From Pelagomonas calceolata (lineage: Eukaryota), in contig CAKKNE010000002.1 of the NCBI GenBank assembly GCA_918797485.1, positions 4,216,001 through 4,280,000 of the forward strand: 64,000 bases of DNA, given 5' to 3'. A program made the translations under genes and the position numbers. Of the stretch, positions 8,723 to 19,545 are shown in pieces. Numbering within the stretch: position 1 is the first letter of the stretch; each line of letters opens with the position of its first letter. The notes below the pieces were generated by a model, which saw only the letters and a list, made by a program, of their open reading frames with translations, did no database searches and had not been told where the DNA came from.

Positions 8723-10699
8723 ATGGCAGCCGCCGAGCGCCGGCGCCAGCTGCAGAGCCACTTCCGCGAATCTGATGAGCCGCCTCAAACTCCCGAGAAC
8801 CGCGCGACGAAAACCTGGCGCCGAGCGCTGCGCCACGAGCCGGACTCGCCCCTCGAGGCGCTGGCGCTTCGCGGCCGGAACGACGGCAGCGAAGTCATGG
8901 AGGACTTCTTCGGGCGGCGGCGCCGCGTTCGCCGGCCGTCGAGCGCGAGGCCGGCACCGCCGACGCGCAAGGCGCCGACGCCGAAGTCGCCGCAGCGCCG
9001 GCGGCCGCAATCCGCCAAATCGCCGAAGCGCATACCAGAGGCCACGCCCCAGCGCCCGCGGTCCGCCGCGCCGTCGCGGCCGCCGCCCGTGCCCGAGGCT
9101 GGGGCACCGCCGCCGACGCTCGCGATCGAAATCCAATTGCCGCCGCCGCGCTGCCCGCCGCCGCGGCCCGACGGCTCTCCCAGTAGACGGCGGCCGCGGT
9201 CGGCCATGGCTAGATTGGAGTCGCCCAAAAAGCTCTTCAAGCGCGCCAAGGGCGACGTCGCGCGGCTGCGCCAGCGGCTGCTGAATGGGGAGCGCGACGC
9301 GAGGAGTGTCGTGAAGGACCTTTACGAAGGCAGGCAGAAACGTATAGAAGCGGACTACGACCGAGGCAAGGTGCTCCTCAAACAAAAGCACGCGGACGAG
9401 CGCGCCTACCTCGCCTCGTACCAGGCCGCCGAGGCCTCGCAGAAGCGCGGGCCCATCCAGGGCGAGCGCAAGACCTACAACGTGCGGGGCGTCCGGAAAC
9501 ATACGCGCAATAATTTGCGAGGTGTCTCCGTCGAGAACACGGTCGAGGGCGAGCTGCCTACCTACCTCCACAAGGGCGAGCCCAAAGTTCTGCCGGGCGT
9601 CGCGAAGCGCTTGGCCTGGGACCGCGATCGGAGAAGGAGGACCGTTCTCGAGTTAAAACGCCACCAGCGCATCGAGGTCCAGGCGCTGGAGCGAAAGTGG
9701 GCCAAGGAGCGCGCGGCGCTCGCGTCCGAGCGGCGCGTCGAGGAAATGCGGCTGCGGGAACTCATCGCGCACGCCACAAAAACCGTGTCTGACGCCGAGG
9801 AGGCCGAGGCCCACCGCCGCGCGTTGGATGCGCGGGCGTCGGGGCCGCGGCGCTGGCGCCGCGCGACGGATTTGGAACCCGACCGTGTGACGACGGAGAC
9901 GCGCGGGAAGGCTCTTTTAGCGTGCGACGCGGCCGTGGCCCGCGCGTCGCTGGCGTGCGCCGCTTTAAATACCTACGAGCCGCACAAGCGTGTCCAGAGG
10001 CCGCAGTCCGCGCGCCCGGCGCGGCCCGCGAGTGCACGTGCGGACAAGCATCGCCTGACCATGCGCGTCGGCGGGCCGCGGCCCGCGTCGGCGCCGGCCA
10101 CACGGCCCCGGTCGGCCAAACGACCAGCGTCCGCGGGTATGAGGCCGCAGAACGTCTGCGCCTGCTGCCGCAATGTATTAAAGGAGGCGGTGCGCCTCCC
10201 GCGCGACTTCTTCTTCGGGAAGAGCAAGACGCAGTTCTGTTCGCTCGCCTGCGCCAAGGAGTGGAACCACCGCTTGGGCCCAGACATGCACCGGGGCTAC
10301 CGGGACATGTTGATCGACATGCTCGTGTCGAAGCGCGACCCGGGCCACGCGCCGCCCGTCGAGATCTTGAACAGGTTCCAGAAGGAGGACCAACTTGAGA
10401 AACACGTGGATCAGGTCTTCTACCGGCCGTCGCGGTCGTTCTACAACGGCGGCGCGAAGGTCGGGCCCCTGTCTCTGGCCTCCTACGATGCCTCGAAGTA
10501 CACGCTCGAGGACTCGTCCTACTCTGTCGCGGAGAGCGTCAAGCAGCGCGTGGGCGCGGACTTCGTGGCGCCGGAAATCTTGAAGGACCTGGAAGATATC
10601 TGTGCGCCGTCGGCCACGCCCGAGGCGCTGGGCTCGTACGCGTCGATGACGGTCGACGACGTGCTGTCGCGGCACGAAGCCTCGGCGGGCAGTTGTTAA
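8723..10699 (+). CDS. Hypothetical protein with coiled coil, RPxSA repeats and a MYM/TRASH-like zinc finger
   Basis: Long ORF; CACC...FCSLACAKEWN; recurring RPQSA/RPASA. First ATG is at 8723. Confidence 0.65.
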   Translation: MAAAERRRQLQSHFRESDEPPQTPENRATKTWRRALRHEPDSPLEALALRGRNDGSEVMEDFFGRRRRVRRPSSARPAPPTRKAPTPKSPQRRRPQSAKSPKRIPEATPQRPRSAAPSRPPPVPEAGAPPPTLAIEIQLPPPRCPPPRPDGSPSRRRPRSAMARLESPKKLFKRAKGDVARLRQRLLNGERDARSVVKDLYEGRQKRIEADYDRGKVLLKQKHADERAYLASYQAAEASQKRGPIQGERKTYNVRGVRKHTRNNLRGVSVENTVEGELPTYLHKGEPKVLPGVAKRLAWDRDRRRRTVLELKRHQRIEVQALERKWAKERAALASERRVEEMRLRELIAHATKTVSDAEEAEAHRRALDARASGPRRWRRATDLEPDRVTTETRGKALLACDAAVARASLACAALNTYEPHKRVQRPQSARPARPASARADKHRLTMRVGGPRPASAPATRPRSAKRPASAGMRPQNVCACCRNVLKEAVRLPRDFFFGKSKTQFCSLACAKEWNHRLGPDMHRGYRDMLIDMLVSKRDPGHAPPVEILNRFQKEDQLEKHVDQVFYRPSRSFYNGGAKVGPLSLASYDASKYTLEDSSYSVAESVKQRVGADFVAPEILKDLEDICAPSATPEALGSYASMTVDDVLSRHEASAGSC

Positions 10700-11013
10700 T
10701 AGAAGTATATATATATATCCTTATGTACCTCCTAGGAGGTAGGTAAAATTGAGTACGCGAAAACAGCACAGTCCCATCACCGACCCCTCCGCATCTTCTC
10801 TGAGAAGTGCCCGAGCATATGGAGCCGTCGCCCACGTATCTCGCTCATACCTCGCTCATACTCCGCTCGGGCAGGCCCGAGCACGTCGGGAAATCCCTAG
10901 CCGTGTAAAAACCTATTCGCGGTTCAATTGTAGGCCTTCTATACGGCGTACGTAGCCTTTGCAACGCGGGGTGCCTCAGACGCCGCAGGGAAAAAAAAAA
11001 AAGAGCTTGAGTG

Positions 11014-11672
11014 AAGCGCCGCGCGACGAGCTGCTGGTCTACGCCGCGTCGGGCGACCTCCTGGCGAAGTTTAGCGGGCGCCAGGCGGACCGACCGGTGG
11101 AGCGCGTCGCCGGATGCGGCTGCGACCATGACGTTCATGAGCGAGTTGTCCCCGAGTCGTGGCCCGACGCGGCCCTCTACGCGGTCTGGCGCACGGACAG
11201 CTTCGAGCTGAGTGGCATCGGCGCGATCGACCCCGTCGGCTTCTCTGCCACGGCCGTCAGCGTGCCGAGGGCAAACGACGTCTGCGCCCCGGGCTTCTCG
11301 GGCACGCGCTGCGACCGCCCGTTCTGCAACGGGATAGTGGATGTGACGGCCGGCGGCGCGACGTCCGGCGTGATCCGGTCGCAGCCGGCCGGTGCCGAGA
11401 CCTACGCCCCCTACAGCCAGTGCGGCTGGCGCGTCCCACGAGGCGACGCGAGCCGCGTGACCCTGACCTTCAGGGAGCTCGCCCTCGACGCCATGTTTGA
11501 CAAAGTCAAGGTCTTCCGGGGCGGCCCGCCGGATTCTATTGGCTGGACGGCCCTGGCGCGGTTCGCGGGCGATACGACAGCGCACGGCCCCTTCACCTCG
11601 GCGCTCGACCCGGACTTCGCCTACCAGTTTACAGGCACCGTCGACGACTCGGCGCCGACGTCCCCCGTGTGA
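11014..11672 (+). pseudogene. Orphan fragment of a CUB-EGF-CUB extracellular protein
   Basis: DELLVY..GDLLAKFSG (C-terminal half of CUB), CAPGFSGTRCDRPFC (EGF), SGVIRS..YAPYSQCGWRV..VTLTFRELALDAMFDKVKVF (CUB). No upstream ATG or signal peptide; starts just after a 12-A run. Confidence 0.6.
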
Positions 11673-11770
11673 GTCCATCACCATCCTATCCCATCGTCGC
11701 CCCATCTTCCTTTCCACTTTCCTCTCCTCAGGTTATAACTTTATTTTTAACCTTAGTAGATAGATACAAA

Positions 11771-14398
11771 TTAGTCCATCGAAAACTCCGCAGTCGCGTT
11801 CGTGATGACAAATTCCAAAGCGCGCGGCATCTCGTTCGCCGGCCGGTCGTACAACGGCAGGTCGATGCGGTTGAAGCACGTGTGCGCGCGCGGGTACGTC
11901 GCCTGGCTCACGGGTATCGACGTCAAACAGAAGCACCGCGAGACGCCGTCCCTTTGTTGCAATTGCGCGAAGCCCCCGACCGGCAATCGTGCGGATCCGG
12001 TGGTCCACTGCAGCAATCGAGCGCGTCTTTCATCGTCCCACCGCTCGACGACCTGCCAGAAGGCTCGGGTCACGGGATGCTCCGCGCGGTCGTTCGCGAA
12101 CGCGCCCTTGTAGACCGTGTGCTTCTTCCACTCGTCTAGATCCAGCGTCGGCGTGCCGCACAAAGCTAATTCGAGCTCGCGAGCCGTGACTAACAACATG
12201 GCTGCTGGTGGCACCAATTCATGAAACCCAGCCAACAACGCTGTCAAGGCATCCCTATGGCACCCGTAGACCGCCTCCCGCAGCCTCAAATGGATGAACT
12301 CGTTCACGTTGCCCTTGCTGACCGGGATTCGGTCGCCATCCTTTTTCAATTTGACCGTTTCCGTGCCACTTACCGTTTTTCTCGTGACCTCAAAGGTCAG
12401 ACACAGATGCTGGAAATCCTCGGCGGGCATCTTCCGCAGTTGATTTAAGGAGGTCCACAACTCTTCATCCACGAGCCGCAAGTCGTCGAAGATGATCGGC
12501 TCGCCCACCAGATACTTCAAAATTTTTACGTTCGGCGACGCCTCCAGGCTGATATGATTGTCGAAGAGGCACTTCGCGAGACACCTACCGACGAAGCGAT
12601 ACTCTAATAGCTTGTTCGAGCGCTCGTCTTTGTCCTTGATGCCTCTTATTCCAACAACATCATAAGTCGTATTTCCTGCGTCGCTCGGTCGGAACAAGCC
12701 ATTGTTCTCGTCAAAGGCCTTCGCTAAACATAACCGCCAGAAGTCTCGAGATAAACCGCCCGCATCTAGACCGCTTTCACCATCGAACTTGAGGAACCAG
12801 CTCATGCGCCATGCTTTGGGCGCTAGTTTCGCAAAGGCCTTTCGCGCACCACCATAACAATCACTCCGTTTTACTTTCAGCTCCACTCGTCCCGTAGCGT
12901 AGGGTACTCTCAGCTTCTCTAGAGTTTCTCTCATGGCAGTTAACCTCTGAGAAAAGGGCCACATGTCGGCGCGCTCGACCGCCGCCCGCAAGTCGTCCGA
13001 TAGTTGCACGGAAGGTATGTCGAACCCTTGTTGCGCGGAACCGACCCACATGGACTCGCCCGGCCGCACGCCTTTTGTGGGTGGTGCTTTGCCCTGGTCT
13101 GGGGGTAATTTCAAAACTCGCACGAGAGCATGCGCGAAGCGATCACCTTCGGACCACTTCACGAAGGCGGACCCATCAGGACGCCACTCGACGAGTCGGC
13201 CTTTCCGTCTCGCTACGTAGGACGTCACCGAGTTCCGTCGAGGCGACGGCGTGTCCAAGGGCCTTTCTTTCGCCTCGTCGCCCATGGTCTCGTCCGCGTA
13301 GTCCCACTCCTCAAAATCAGCTTCGAGATCATTGTCGTCGACGAGGTTCGAGGGCGGCGGCGGCGGCGGCGGCATTAATGGAGGCCGCGGCGTTTGTCGA
13401 GGCGAGTCGACGTCGAAGGGCGCCTCCTCGTCCTGTTCTCGCGCGTACTGCTTCTTGTACTTCCGCCTTTTGTAAAGGGCGAACAGGCCCGCTAGTATGA
13501 ATAAAGCTGCACCGGCGCCGCCCATCGCGGCCGGCCCGCCGGCAGCGTCGACGAAGGACATGGGTTGGGCCTTCGCCGGGACGGGCGACGGCGTCGGGTT
13601 TGGGGAAGGGACCTGGGACGGTCCTGGCGTCGGTGCTTGCGATGGTGCTTGCGACGGCAGAGGTGTCGGCAGTCGCGTCGGCCGCGGCGTCGGTCTCGGC
13701 GTAGGTGCCGGCGACGGCGCCGGCGTCGGCGCCGGCGTCGTCAACAAGGAGAAGGCTTGGACGTGCTTCAGCTCCAGGTTCGAACCGGGGCACCACGCCA
13801 CTAGCTCATACAACGACCCATCGTCAACGTCGCCCTCCACAACAATATTCGTCGACGGCGTCGCGTCGTTCGGGGCCTGCTCCGTCAGGACCCAGTCGCA
13901 CTGCTTCGTGTCGCAGGGCCCGTCGTTGAGGCGTACGGTCAGCGTCACTTTGTTGCAGTCCGCCTCTGCACCTGAGGTCCGCCAGGACACGAGACAAGGC
14001 ACGTGCGCAATACAAGCCATGGCCGTGCCGATTTCGACGACTTCTATAAATGAAGCGGTCGGTTGCGGCGACGGCACGGGGCTTGGTACGGCGGTCGTCG
14101 GCGTCGCGGTCGTCGGCATCGATGAAGGCGTATGAGTAGGTCGCGGCGTCGGGACATGTGAAGGTCGTGGTGTCGGTTCAAAACTAATTGAGGGCTTTGG
14201 TGTGATCGTCGGTGCGGGCGTGGGCAGCGACGTCGGGAACGATGTGGGCGCCGTCGGCGTCTTTGTGGGTGACGCGGTCGTCGGCTTCTTCGTCCATGTG
14301 GGTGCTAGGGTTGGTCCGTAGGTGGGCGGCGCCGGGGTGGACGTCGGGTCGTACTGGGCCCGCGCCGCGGCCAGCAGCCACAAAAAGTATATTTTCAT
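11771..14398 (-). CDS. HECT E3 ubiquitin ligase with signal peptide, PT-rich ectodomain and one TM helix
   Basis: MKIYFLWLLAAARA signal; PT repeats; TM AALFILAGLFALY then KRRK; HECT motifs FDGESGLDAGGLSRDFW, LLQWTTGSARLPVGGF, PRAHTCFNRIDLPLY (catalytic Cys). Confidence 0.9.
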   Translation of the reverse strand: MKIYFLWLLAAARAQYDPTSTPAPPTYGPTLAPTWTKKPTTASPTKTPTAPTSFPTSLPTPAPTITPKPSISFEPTPRPSHVPTPRPTHTPSSMPTTATPTTAVPSPVPSPQPTASFIEVVEIGTAMACIAHVPCLVSWRTSGAEADCNKVTLTVRLNDGPCDTKQCDWVLTEQAPNDATPSTNIVVEGDVDDGSLYELVAWCPGSNLELKHVQAFSLLTTPAPTPAPSPAPTPRPTPRPTRLPTPLPSQAPSQAPTPGPSQVPSPNPTPSPVPAKAQPMSFVDAAGGPAAMGGAGAALFILAGLFALYKRRKYKKQYAREQDEEAPFDVDSPRQTPRPPLMPPPPPPPSNLVDDNDLEADFEEWDYADETMGDEAKERPLDTPSPRRNSVTSYVARRKGRLVEWRPDGSAFVKWSEGDRFAHALVRVLKLPPDQGKAPPTKGVRPGESMWVGSAQQGFDIPSVQLSDDLRAAVERADMWPFSQRLTAMRETLEKLRVPYATGRVELKVKRSDCYGGARKAFAKLAPKAWRMSWFLKFDGESGLDAGGLSRDFWRLCLAKAFDENNGLFRPSDAGNTTYDVVGIRGIKDKDERSNKLLEYRFVGRCLAKCLFDNHISLEASPNVKILKYLVGEPIIFDDLRLVDEELWTSLNQLRKMPAEDFQHLCLTFEVTRKTVSGTETVKLKKDGDRIPVSKGNVNEFIHLRLREAVYGCHRDALTALLAGFHELVPPAAMLLVTARELELALCGTPTLDLDEWKKHTVYKGAFANDRAEHPVTRAFWQVVERWDDERRARLLQWTTGSARLPVGGFAQLQQRDGVSRCFCLTSIPVSQATYPRAHTCFNRIDLPLYDRPANEMPRALEFVITNATAEFSMD

Positions 14399-15272
14399 GG
14401 CTGCCCTTTTATCGTCGCGCATGGCTGCCCATTTTTTCGAGGTGCGGCCGTCCGAAATTTTCCGACGGCAAGAAACGCAGCGCCAGCCGGCTCACGCGCG
14501 GCAATTACGGAGTCGCACCTGCGGATAAGGCGTCCGGCGCACCAGCCTGTAAATTTGGCAGAGGCTAGTAGATGGCTAGTAACCTTCCCGCCGGCCGAGC
14601 GCGCGCGGCTCGCCCCCTGTGTATGATTCGTCGCGGTCGATGGCTCGTGGCGCCCTGCTGGGCTGTTCGGCCTCGGGCAGCCTGCGTCTCCGCGCGCGGG
14701 GCTTGGGACCTTGCTATCTCGCTTCGGCCCGCCGCTAACGGCTCCGCGCTGCTCCAGAGACTGCTCGGAGCCATGTAGCCCGGAGTTTGAAGAAGAGACC
14801 CCCTCTAGAATTCAGAACTGAGAGCACATGACAGCTTTGTGTCACCTGTGCTCCACCCCATCGGCGCGACCGCAGCCAAAAAGTAGCCAGAACCTCCTCT
14901 AACGAGCACCGCCTCTAAACGTGCAACGCCAGATCCCCGTCGAAGGACCTTGCACAGCATACACAAGCGCTCCTCATGTCTGTGACACTCAACCAGCAGG
15001 CCATGGAGCACGCCATGGCCTCGAGACCGGCCATCACGGACCCCGTAGCGCCCAGTGCCCGCGCTGGCTTTCAATTTGCGCGTTTTGCGGCGATGGCGTG
15101 GAGGTCGGCCGCCGCACGCGAAGGCGCCGCCCCGCTCCTCCTGAATATTTGAGACGGCTCGGACGCCCTCGACGCGAGAAAAACCGCGCAGGTCTTCCCG
15201 AACAAGGACCGCGGCGGCCCCAAGATCACCTTCGTCTCGCGGCCGCGCGCGAACGTCGTCGCACCCGTCAAC

Positions 15273-15899
15273 ATGGGCAGCCCGGCCAAGCGCAAGTCGC
15301 CGGGCGTCCTGCCCGTCACGCCCGACTCTAGACCCGCGGACTGCATCATGCCGCCTCCGTTAGAACTCGACGAGTGCGGCTCGCCCAAGCGCATCCGCTT
15401 CTACTCGTCCCTAAGTTCCGTGCGCGAGCACGGCGGCTGCACAAAATGTGGTGGAGACACGATCAAGTGTAGAGGCCACGCCTTCGACCGTAGTGATCTG
15501 GACTACTTCGAGCCCTGCGCCGGCCGCGTCTGCCTCGAGTGCGACGCGCCCGAATGCGGCACGTGCGCGCAGCCGATGCCCCTGCCCTTCTGCAGGGCCT
15601 GCGTCGAGATGGTCGTCTACGAGAGCGGCAGCTTCGTCGCCGACAAGCCCGAGTACGCCCAGTACCTGTGCAAGGGCGGCGGCGACGACTGCTGCTGCAA
15701 CGCGCTCGTCTGCGACGACTGCCACGACAAGACGACGGGCACGCGCACGGCGGCCTACGCGAGCGCCCTCAAGGCGACGCGCGCCTCGGCCCTCAAGGAG
15801 AACCCGCTCAAGTACGTCGTCCAGGAGGCCGTCACGGCGAAGACGCGGCTCTGCGAGGACTGCGTCGAGCGCCTCGAGGCCCTCGGCCAGGACGAGTAG
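15273..15899 (+). CDS. Cys-rich (multiple CxxC) putative zinc-finger protein
   Basis: CTKC, CLEC, CGTC, CRAC, CDDC, CEDC; strong GC3 codon bias. Confidence 0.65.
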   Translation: MGSPAKRKSPGVLPVTPDSRPADCIMPPPLELDECGSPKRIRFYSSLSSVREHGGCTKCGGDTIKCRGHAFDRSDLDYFEPCAGRVCLECDAPECGTCAQPMPLPFCRACVEMVVYESGSFVADKPEYAQYLCKGGGDDCCCNALVCDDCHDKTTGTRTAAYASALKATRASALKENPLKYVVQEAVTAKTRLCEDCVERLEALGQDE

Positions 15900-16107
15900 A
15901 TCTGACCCGGCTGTCCCATTTCCCCCTTTTGGTTGGTCCCCCCGCGCGCGAGGCGGGCTAATACTCTCTTGTTTGCACCTCGCGGCGGCTCGCTGCGGCG
16001 GCACATTGCCCGATGAGCACAGTTGCGTGTATAGAACTTCCAGAGTACGTGTGCGCTAGAGAGAGAGAGAGCCACTTATTGAACCCACCCCCAGGTAGCG
16101 CTAATTG

Positions 16108-16128
16108 CTAGTGATTGTGAGACACTAG
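16108..16128. promoter_or_regulatory. CTAG-N13-CTAG motif copy
   Basis: CTAGTGATTGTGAGACACTAG about 150 bp upstream of ATG 16280. Confidence 0.5.
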
Positions 16129-16279
16129 CCAGCAGCCGAGCCTCCTCGTTATCGATCCGTGTGCCCACTGGAATAGCTCTGTGACCCACGCAACGCTGTG
16201 AAATTAATAGCGTCACCGTCACCGCACTTGCCTTGGTGCGAACGCGCGCAGCGCGCAGCTGTGCGGCACGTTCTCACAG

Positions 16280-19200
16280 ATGCAGCACTCTCAAGGAACA
16301 CCGGTATCAGCGCGCACGCGGCGCGCGCGGGCGCGCACGCAAAGCGAGGCCGCCGCGCCGACGCAGTCCTCGACGCGGAGCAGTTCTCGCCGCCGGACGA
16401 CCCGCGGCGCGCCTGAAACCGCCCCGCCGACCGGTCCGCGACGCAGAACCGTCACTCCACCACCCGGCGCGCCCGGCGCGGCGCCGGCTCCCGCTCCAGC
16501 GCGACGCCGCCGCACGCGCTCGCCGCCGCCGTCGCAAGCGTTGACGCAAGAGTCGCCGGCGCCGCCCGCGGCCAAAGCGCGCCGGAGGACGACGCGGTCA
16601 CGCGCGCCCGCCGAGGCGCCGGCTGCGGCACCGGCTGTGGCGCCGGTCGAAGCCATGCCGTTGATGTCTGCGTCCGAAGATCTGACGCAGCCGGGCGAGG
16701 CGCCGCCGCCGCCGCCGGTGGAAGCGTCGCCGTCGGTCGACGTGCCGATGGCCGAGGCGCGGGCGCCGCCGCCACCGCCGGTCCGCGACGGCCTCGACAT
16801 CGTGAACATGCTGCTGCCGCGGCTCCAGCGGCGAGAAATTATCGCCTGCCACCAGACGTGCCGGCTGCTGCGCGACACGGTGCGCAAGGCCGACTTCCGA
16901 CCCTGGACCAAGCGCCTCGCCTTGGCGGAGCAGCGCTCGCGGCGGGCGTGCAACGCGGACAAGAGGCTGCTCGAGGAGTTCCGGAACGCCTACACGGGCG
17001 GCGCCGCGATGACGGCCGACCACATGGCTCGACATGCCGTGCCTCTCGCGACGCTCAACGAGGTGTGCTCGGCGTTGCGCGACTTCGGGCCGGAGCGACC
17101 GCCGGCGGGCTGGTGGACGACGGCCTTGCCTCGAGCGCTCGCGGCGACGCCAGAGACGGCCGTGTGGGGCCGGCCCGCGCTGGACGCGGCGCGCGTGGAC
17201 GATCTTCGAGACGCGCACGAAGTCGCGGGGCGCCTTTGCGAAACGGTAATCGGCGAGAGCCCGACGGCTCAACCGTGGGTCGCCGCGGCGGCGTTCGTGC
17301 TGAACGCGGGCGACGGCTGGCGCGGTCCGATGTACGCACTCGCGGCCATGGAGCACGCGCTCGGCTCGTCGACAGCGACGTACACTATCAGAGAGTTCGC
17401 ATCGCGGCTACTCGTGGCGCTCGTCGACGGGCACTGGCCGCGGCTCAAGCTCCTCAACGACGTCCCCGGTCGCGGCACGCTCTTCGTTGATGTATTGAAA
17501 GCGTTACACAACCTCGGCTTCGCGCCGGCGCTCCGCGTGAATCGCGATCCGCCGGGCACACTGACCGCCGAGCAGGAGGCCTACGCCGGCGCCGATTTGA
17601 CGCCGCGGACGACGGGGCACGAGTGCCTGATTGTAGAAGCCTACGCGGGGACGGGCAAGTCTCATAGTACGCTCCAGTTCGCCGCGCGGCGCCAGGCCGC
17701 GGGGGAGCGCGTGCTCGTGCTCTATTTCAACAAGAGCATGTACCAAGAGATGGTCGTCAAGCTGGCAGCGGCTAGCCCCGGCACGGTGTGTTCGACGATG
17801 GACGCGCTCGTGCTGCGCGAGTTTCTGAGGCAGGCGCCGGAACTCGTTGAGCCTGGCGAATCTTCGATGTTCCACGACGTCTCGGCGGGCGGGCCGGCCT
17901 ACTCGGCGCTGGCGTTGCGCCGCGCGTTGCGCATCAGCGAAGATGACCGCTACAAGGGTCAGCTCGCGAAGCACACTCGCCAGGTCCTCAACGCGTTCGT
18001 TTATTCGGCGGATACGGACGTCCCCGACATCGAGGACCGGCGCTTCTACCGAATCCGACAGTGGTGGCAGGAGCGGCAGCCGCAGATGCCGCCGTTCCAA
18101 AACCACGCGCGGGCGCTCTGGCGGAAGGTCATCTCGCGGGCGCCGGCGGACGCCCACATGAAGCTAAGCTTCGCCGAGGTCGCCAAGTGCTTCCAGTTGC
18201 GAGCGTTGGTCGCTCAGAACAACAACTCCGATATCGACTGGATGCGGCGCGGCCTACCGGCCGGGACGGTGCTCGACCGCATCACGCCCTTCGCGGGCAC
18301 GCAGGATTATAGTTATGTGGTTATTGATGAAGCGCAGGACCTGAATCCGACGCACTACGAACTTTTCGTGACGGGCCCGCGGCGAGCGCGGCAGCGTATC
18401 GCGCACGCACTCGTGGGAGACCCGTTCCAATCGCTCTATGCCTGGCGCGGGGCCAAGAACGCTTTGCGCGACGCCAAGGCCACTTTACAGCACACGCTCA
18501 TCCGACTGACCAAGTCCTTCCGATTCGGTGAGGAGGTCGCGGATCTCGCGACGGCGGTGCTGCAGCGGTGCGGCGACCCGGCGACGGCGAGGCTCGTCGG
18601 CGCGGGTCCTCCGGGTCGCATTCACCACCGGAACGATATTGACTGCCACGATTGGAGGACGGGCACGCCGATCACCGTGCTGGGAAGAAGCAACAAGAAC
18701 GTATTGCTAGCGGCCCACGAGTATGTGGCGGAGTATCTGAGGCACGGGGACCGGACGCCCTTCATATTTGTCCGCGGCGCCAGAGGTGGTGCGGATATGA
18801 ACAAAACGCTACGCCTCGTCGAGCGCCTCGTGGAGCTGAGGAATAGCGGCGACGTCGGTACGTTCGGCGAGGATACTGCTACTTACCTTGAATTCGTGCG
18901 TTTGTGGAGAGAAGACGCCCTCGATAATATCGAGCTGGAGCGAGGGATTCAGATGGTCGAGGCACGGCCCGACGCTACGGCGGTGATCCGCGGTATACGG
19001 GACATGTCTGTTGAGACTCCTGAGGAGGCACGGGTGGTCCTCTCGACAGTACATCAGATGAAGGGCCTCGAGAGCGGCGCGATACGGATCCTAGACGACG
19101 TTGTCAAGGGCGTCGCCGACGATTTGGGCCGGCCACAGAGACTGCCGGACGCGACGCTCTGCCTCGTGTATACGGCGCTGTCGCGCGCAATCGGTGATCT

Positions 19201-19525
19201 TTACCTGCCGAAGGCCCTGTCGGCGGTCTGGCTACGCCAGAACCCGCCACGGGCGGTGCTGCGATGCGTCCCGCCGCTGGAGCGGCGGACATGGTGCGGC
19301 TTGTGTCCTCGCACCTTAGTGTACCCCGCGGACGAAGAGGCTGAGGACGCTTTCGGTGCCGTGCCGGCATACGACACGGGGGCGACTCTACGCGTCTGCG
19401 AATTCTGCCGCGGATTTTGCGACCCGGCCGTTCCGCTCCAGGTGCCGACCTACGAGCATTTCCGCGCGGGCTGGGATCTGCGGGCCATAGCTGGCGACAG
19501 CGACGACGGCGGCGACGCGACTTAG
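16280..19525 (+). CDS. FBH1: F-box DNA helicase 1-like UvrD/SF1 helicase
   Basis: F-box-like LDIVNMLLPRLQRREIIACHQTCRLLR; AYAGTGKS, VVIDEAQDLNP, VGDPFQSLYAWRGA, LTKSFRFG, STVHQMKGLE, YTALSRA. Confidence 0.8.
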   Translation: MQHSQGTPVSARTRRARARTQSEAAAPTQSSTRSSSRRRTTRGAPETAPPTGPRRRTVTPPPGAPGAAPAPAPARRRRTRSPPPSQALTQESPAPPAAKARRRTTRSRAPAEAPAAAPAVAPVEAMPLMSASEDLTQPGEAPPPPPVEASPSVDVPMAEARAPPPPPVRDGLDIVNMLLPRLQRREIIACHQTCRLLRDTVRKADFRPWTKRLALAEQRSRRACNADKRLLEEFRNAYTGGAAMTADHMARHAVPLATLNEVCSALRDFGPERPPAGWWTTALPRALAATPETAVWGRPALDAARVDDLRDAHEVAGRLCETVIGESPTAQPWVAAAAFVLNAGDGWRGPMYALAAMEHALGSSTATYTIREFASRLLVALVDGHWPRLKLLNDVPGRGTLFVDVLKALHNLGFAPALRVNRDPPGTLTAEQEAYAGADLTPRTTGHECLIVEAYAGTGKSHSTLQFAARRQAAGERVLVLYFNKSMYQEMVVKLAAASPGTVCSTMDALVLREFLRQAPELVEPGESSMFHDVSAGGPAYSALALRRALRISEDDRYKGQLAKHTRQVLNAFVYSADTDVPDIEDRRFYRIRQWWQERQPQMPPFQNHARALWRKVISRAPADAHMKLSFAEVAKCFQLRALVAQNNNSDIDWMRRGLPAGTVLDRITPFAGTQDYSYVVIDEAQDLNPTHYELFVTGPRRARQRIAHALVGDPFQSLYAWRGAKNALRDAKATLQHTLIRLTKSFRFGEEVADLATAVLQRCGDPATARLVGAGPPGRIHHRNDIDCHDWRTGTPITVLGRSNKNVLLAAHEYVAEYLRHGDRTPFIFVRGARGGADMNKTLRLVERLVELRNSGDVGTFGEDTATYLEFVRLWREDALDNIELERGIQMVEARPDATAVIRGIRDMSVETPEEARVVLSTVHQMKGLESGAIRILDDVVKGVADDLGRPQRLPDATLCLVYTALSRAIGDLYLPKALSAVWLRQNPPRAVLRCVPPLERRTWCGLCPRTLVYPADEEAEDAFGAVPAYDTGATLRVCEFCRGFCDPAVPLQVPTYEHFRAGWDLRAIAGDSDDGGDAT

Positions 19526-19545
19526 TGTGTAAACAACAAATTACT

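Noticed and set aside
14447..14469. Near-perfect palindrome GCCGTCCGAAATTTTCCGACGGC; also GTACTTAAGTAC at 53379-53390
   Set aside because: Single occurrences with no supporting context.
15093..15272. Upstream in-frame extension of the Cys-rich gene through a TGA (readthrough or selenocysteine)
   Set aside because: No SECIS or homology evidence; open frames are common at this GC content.
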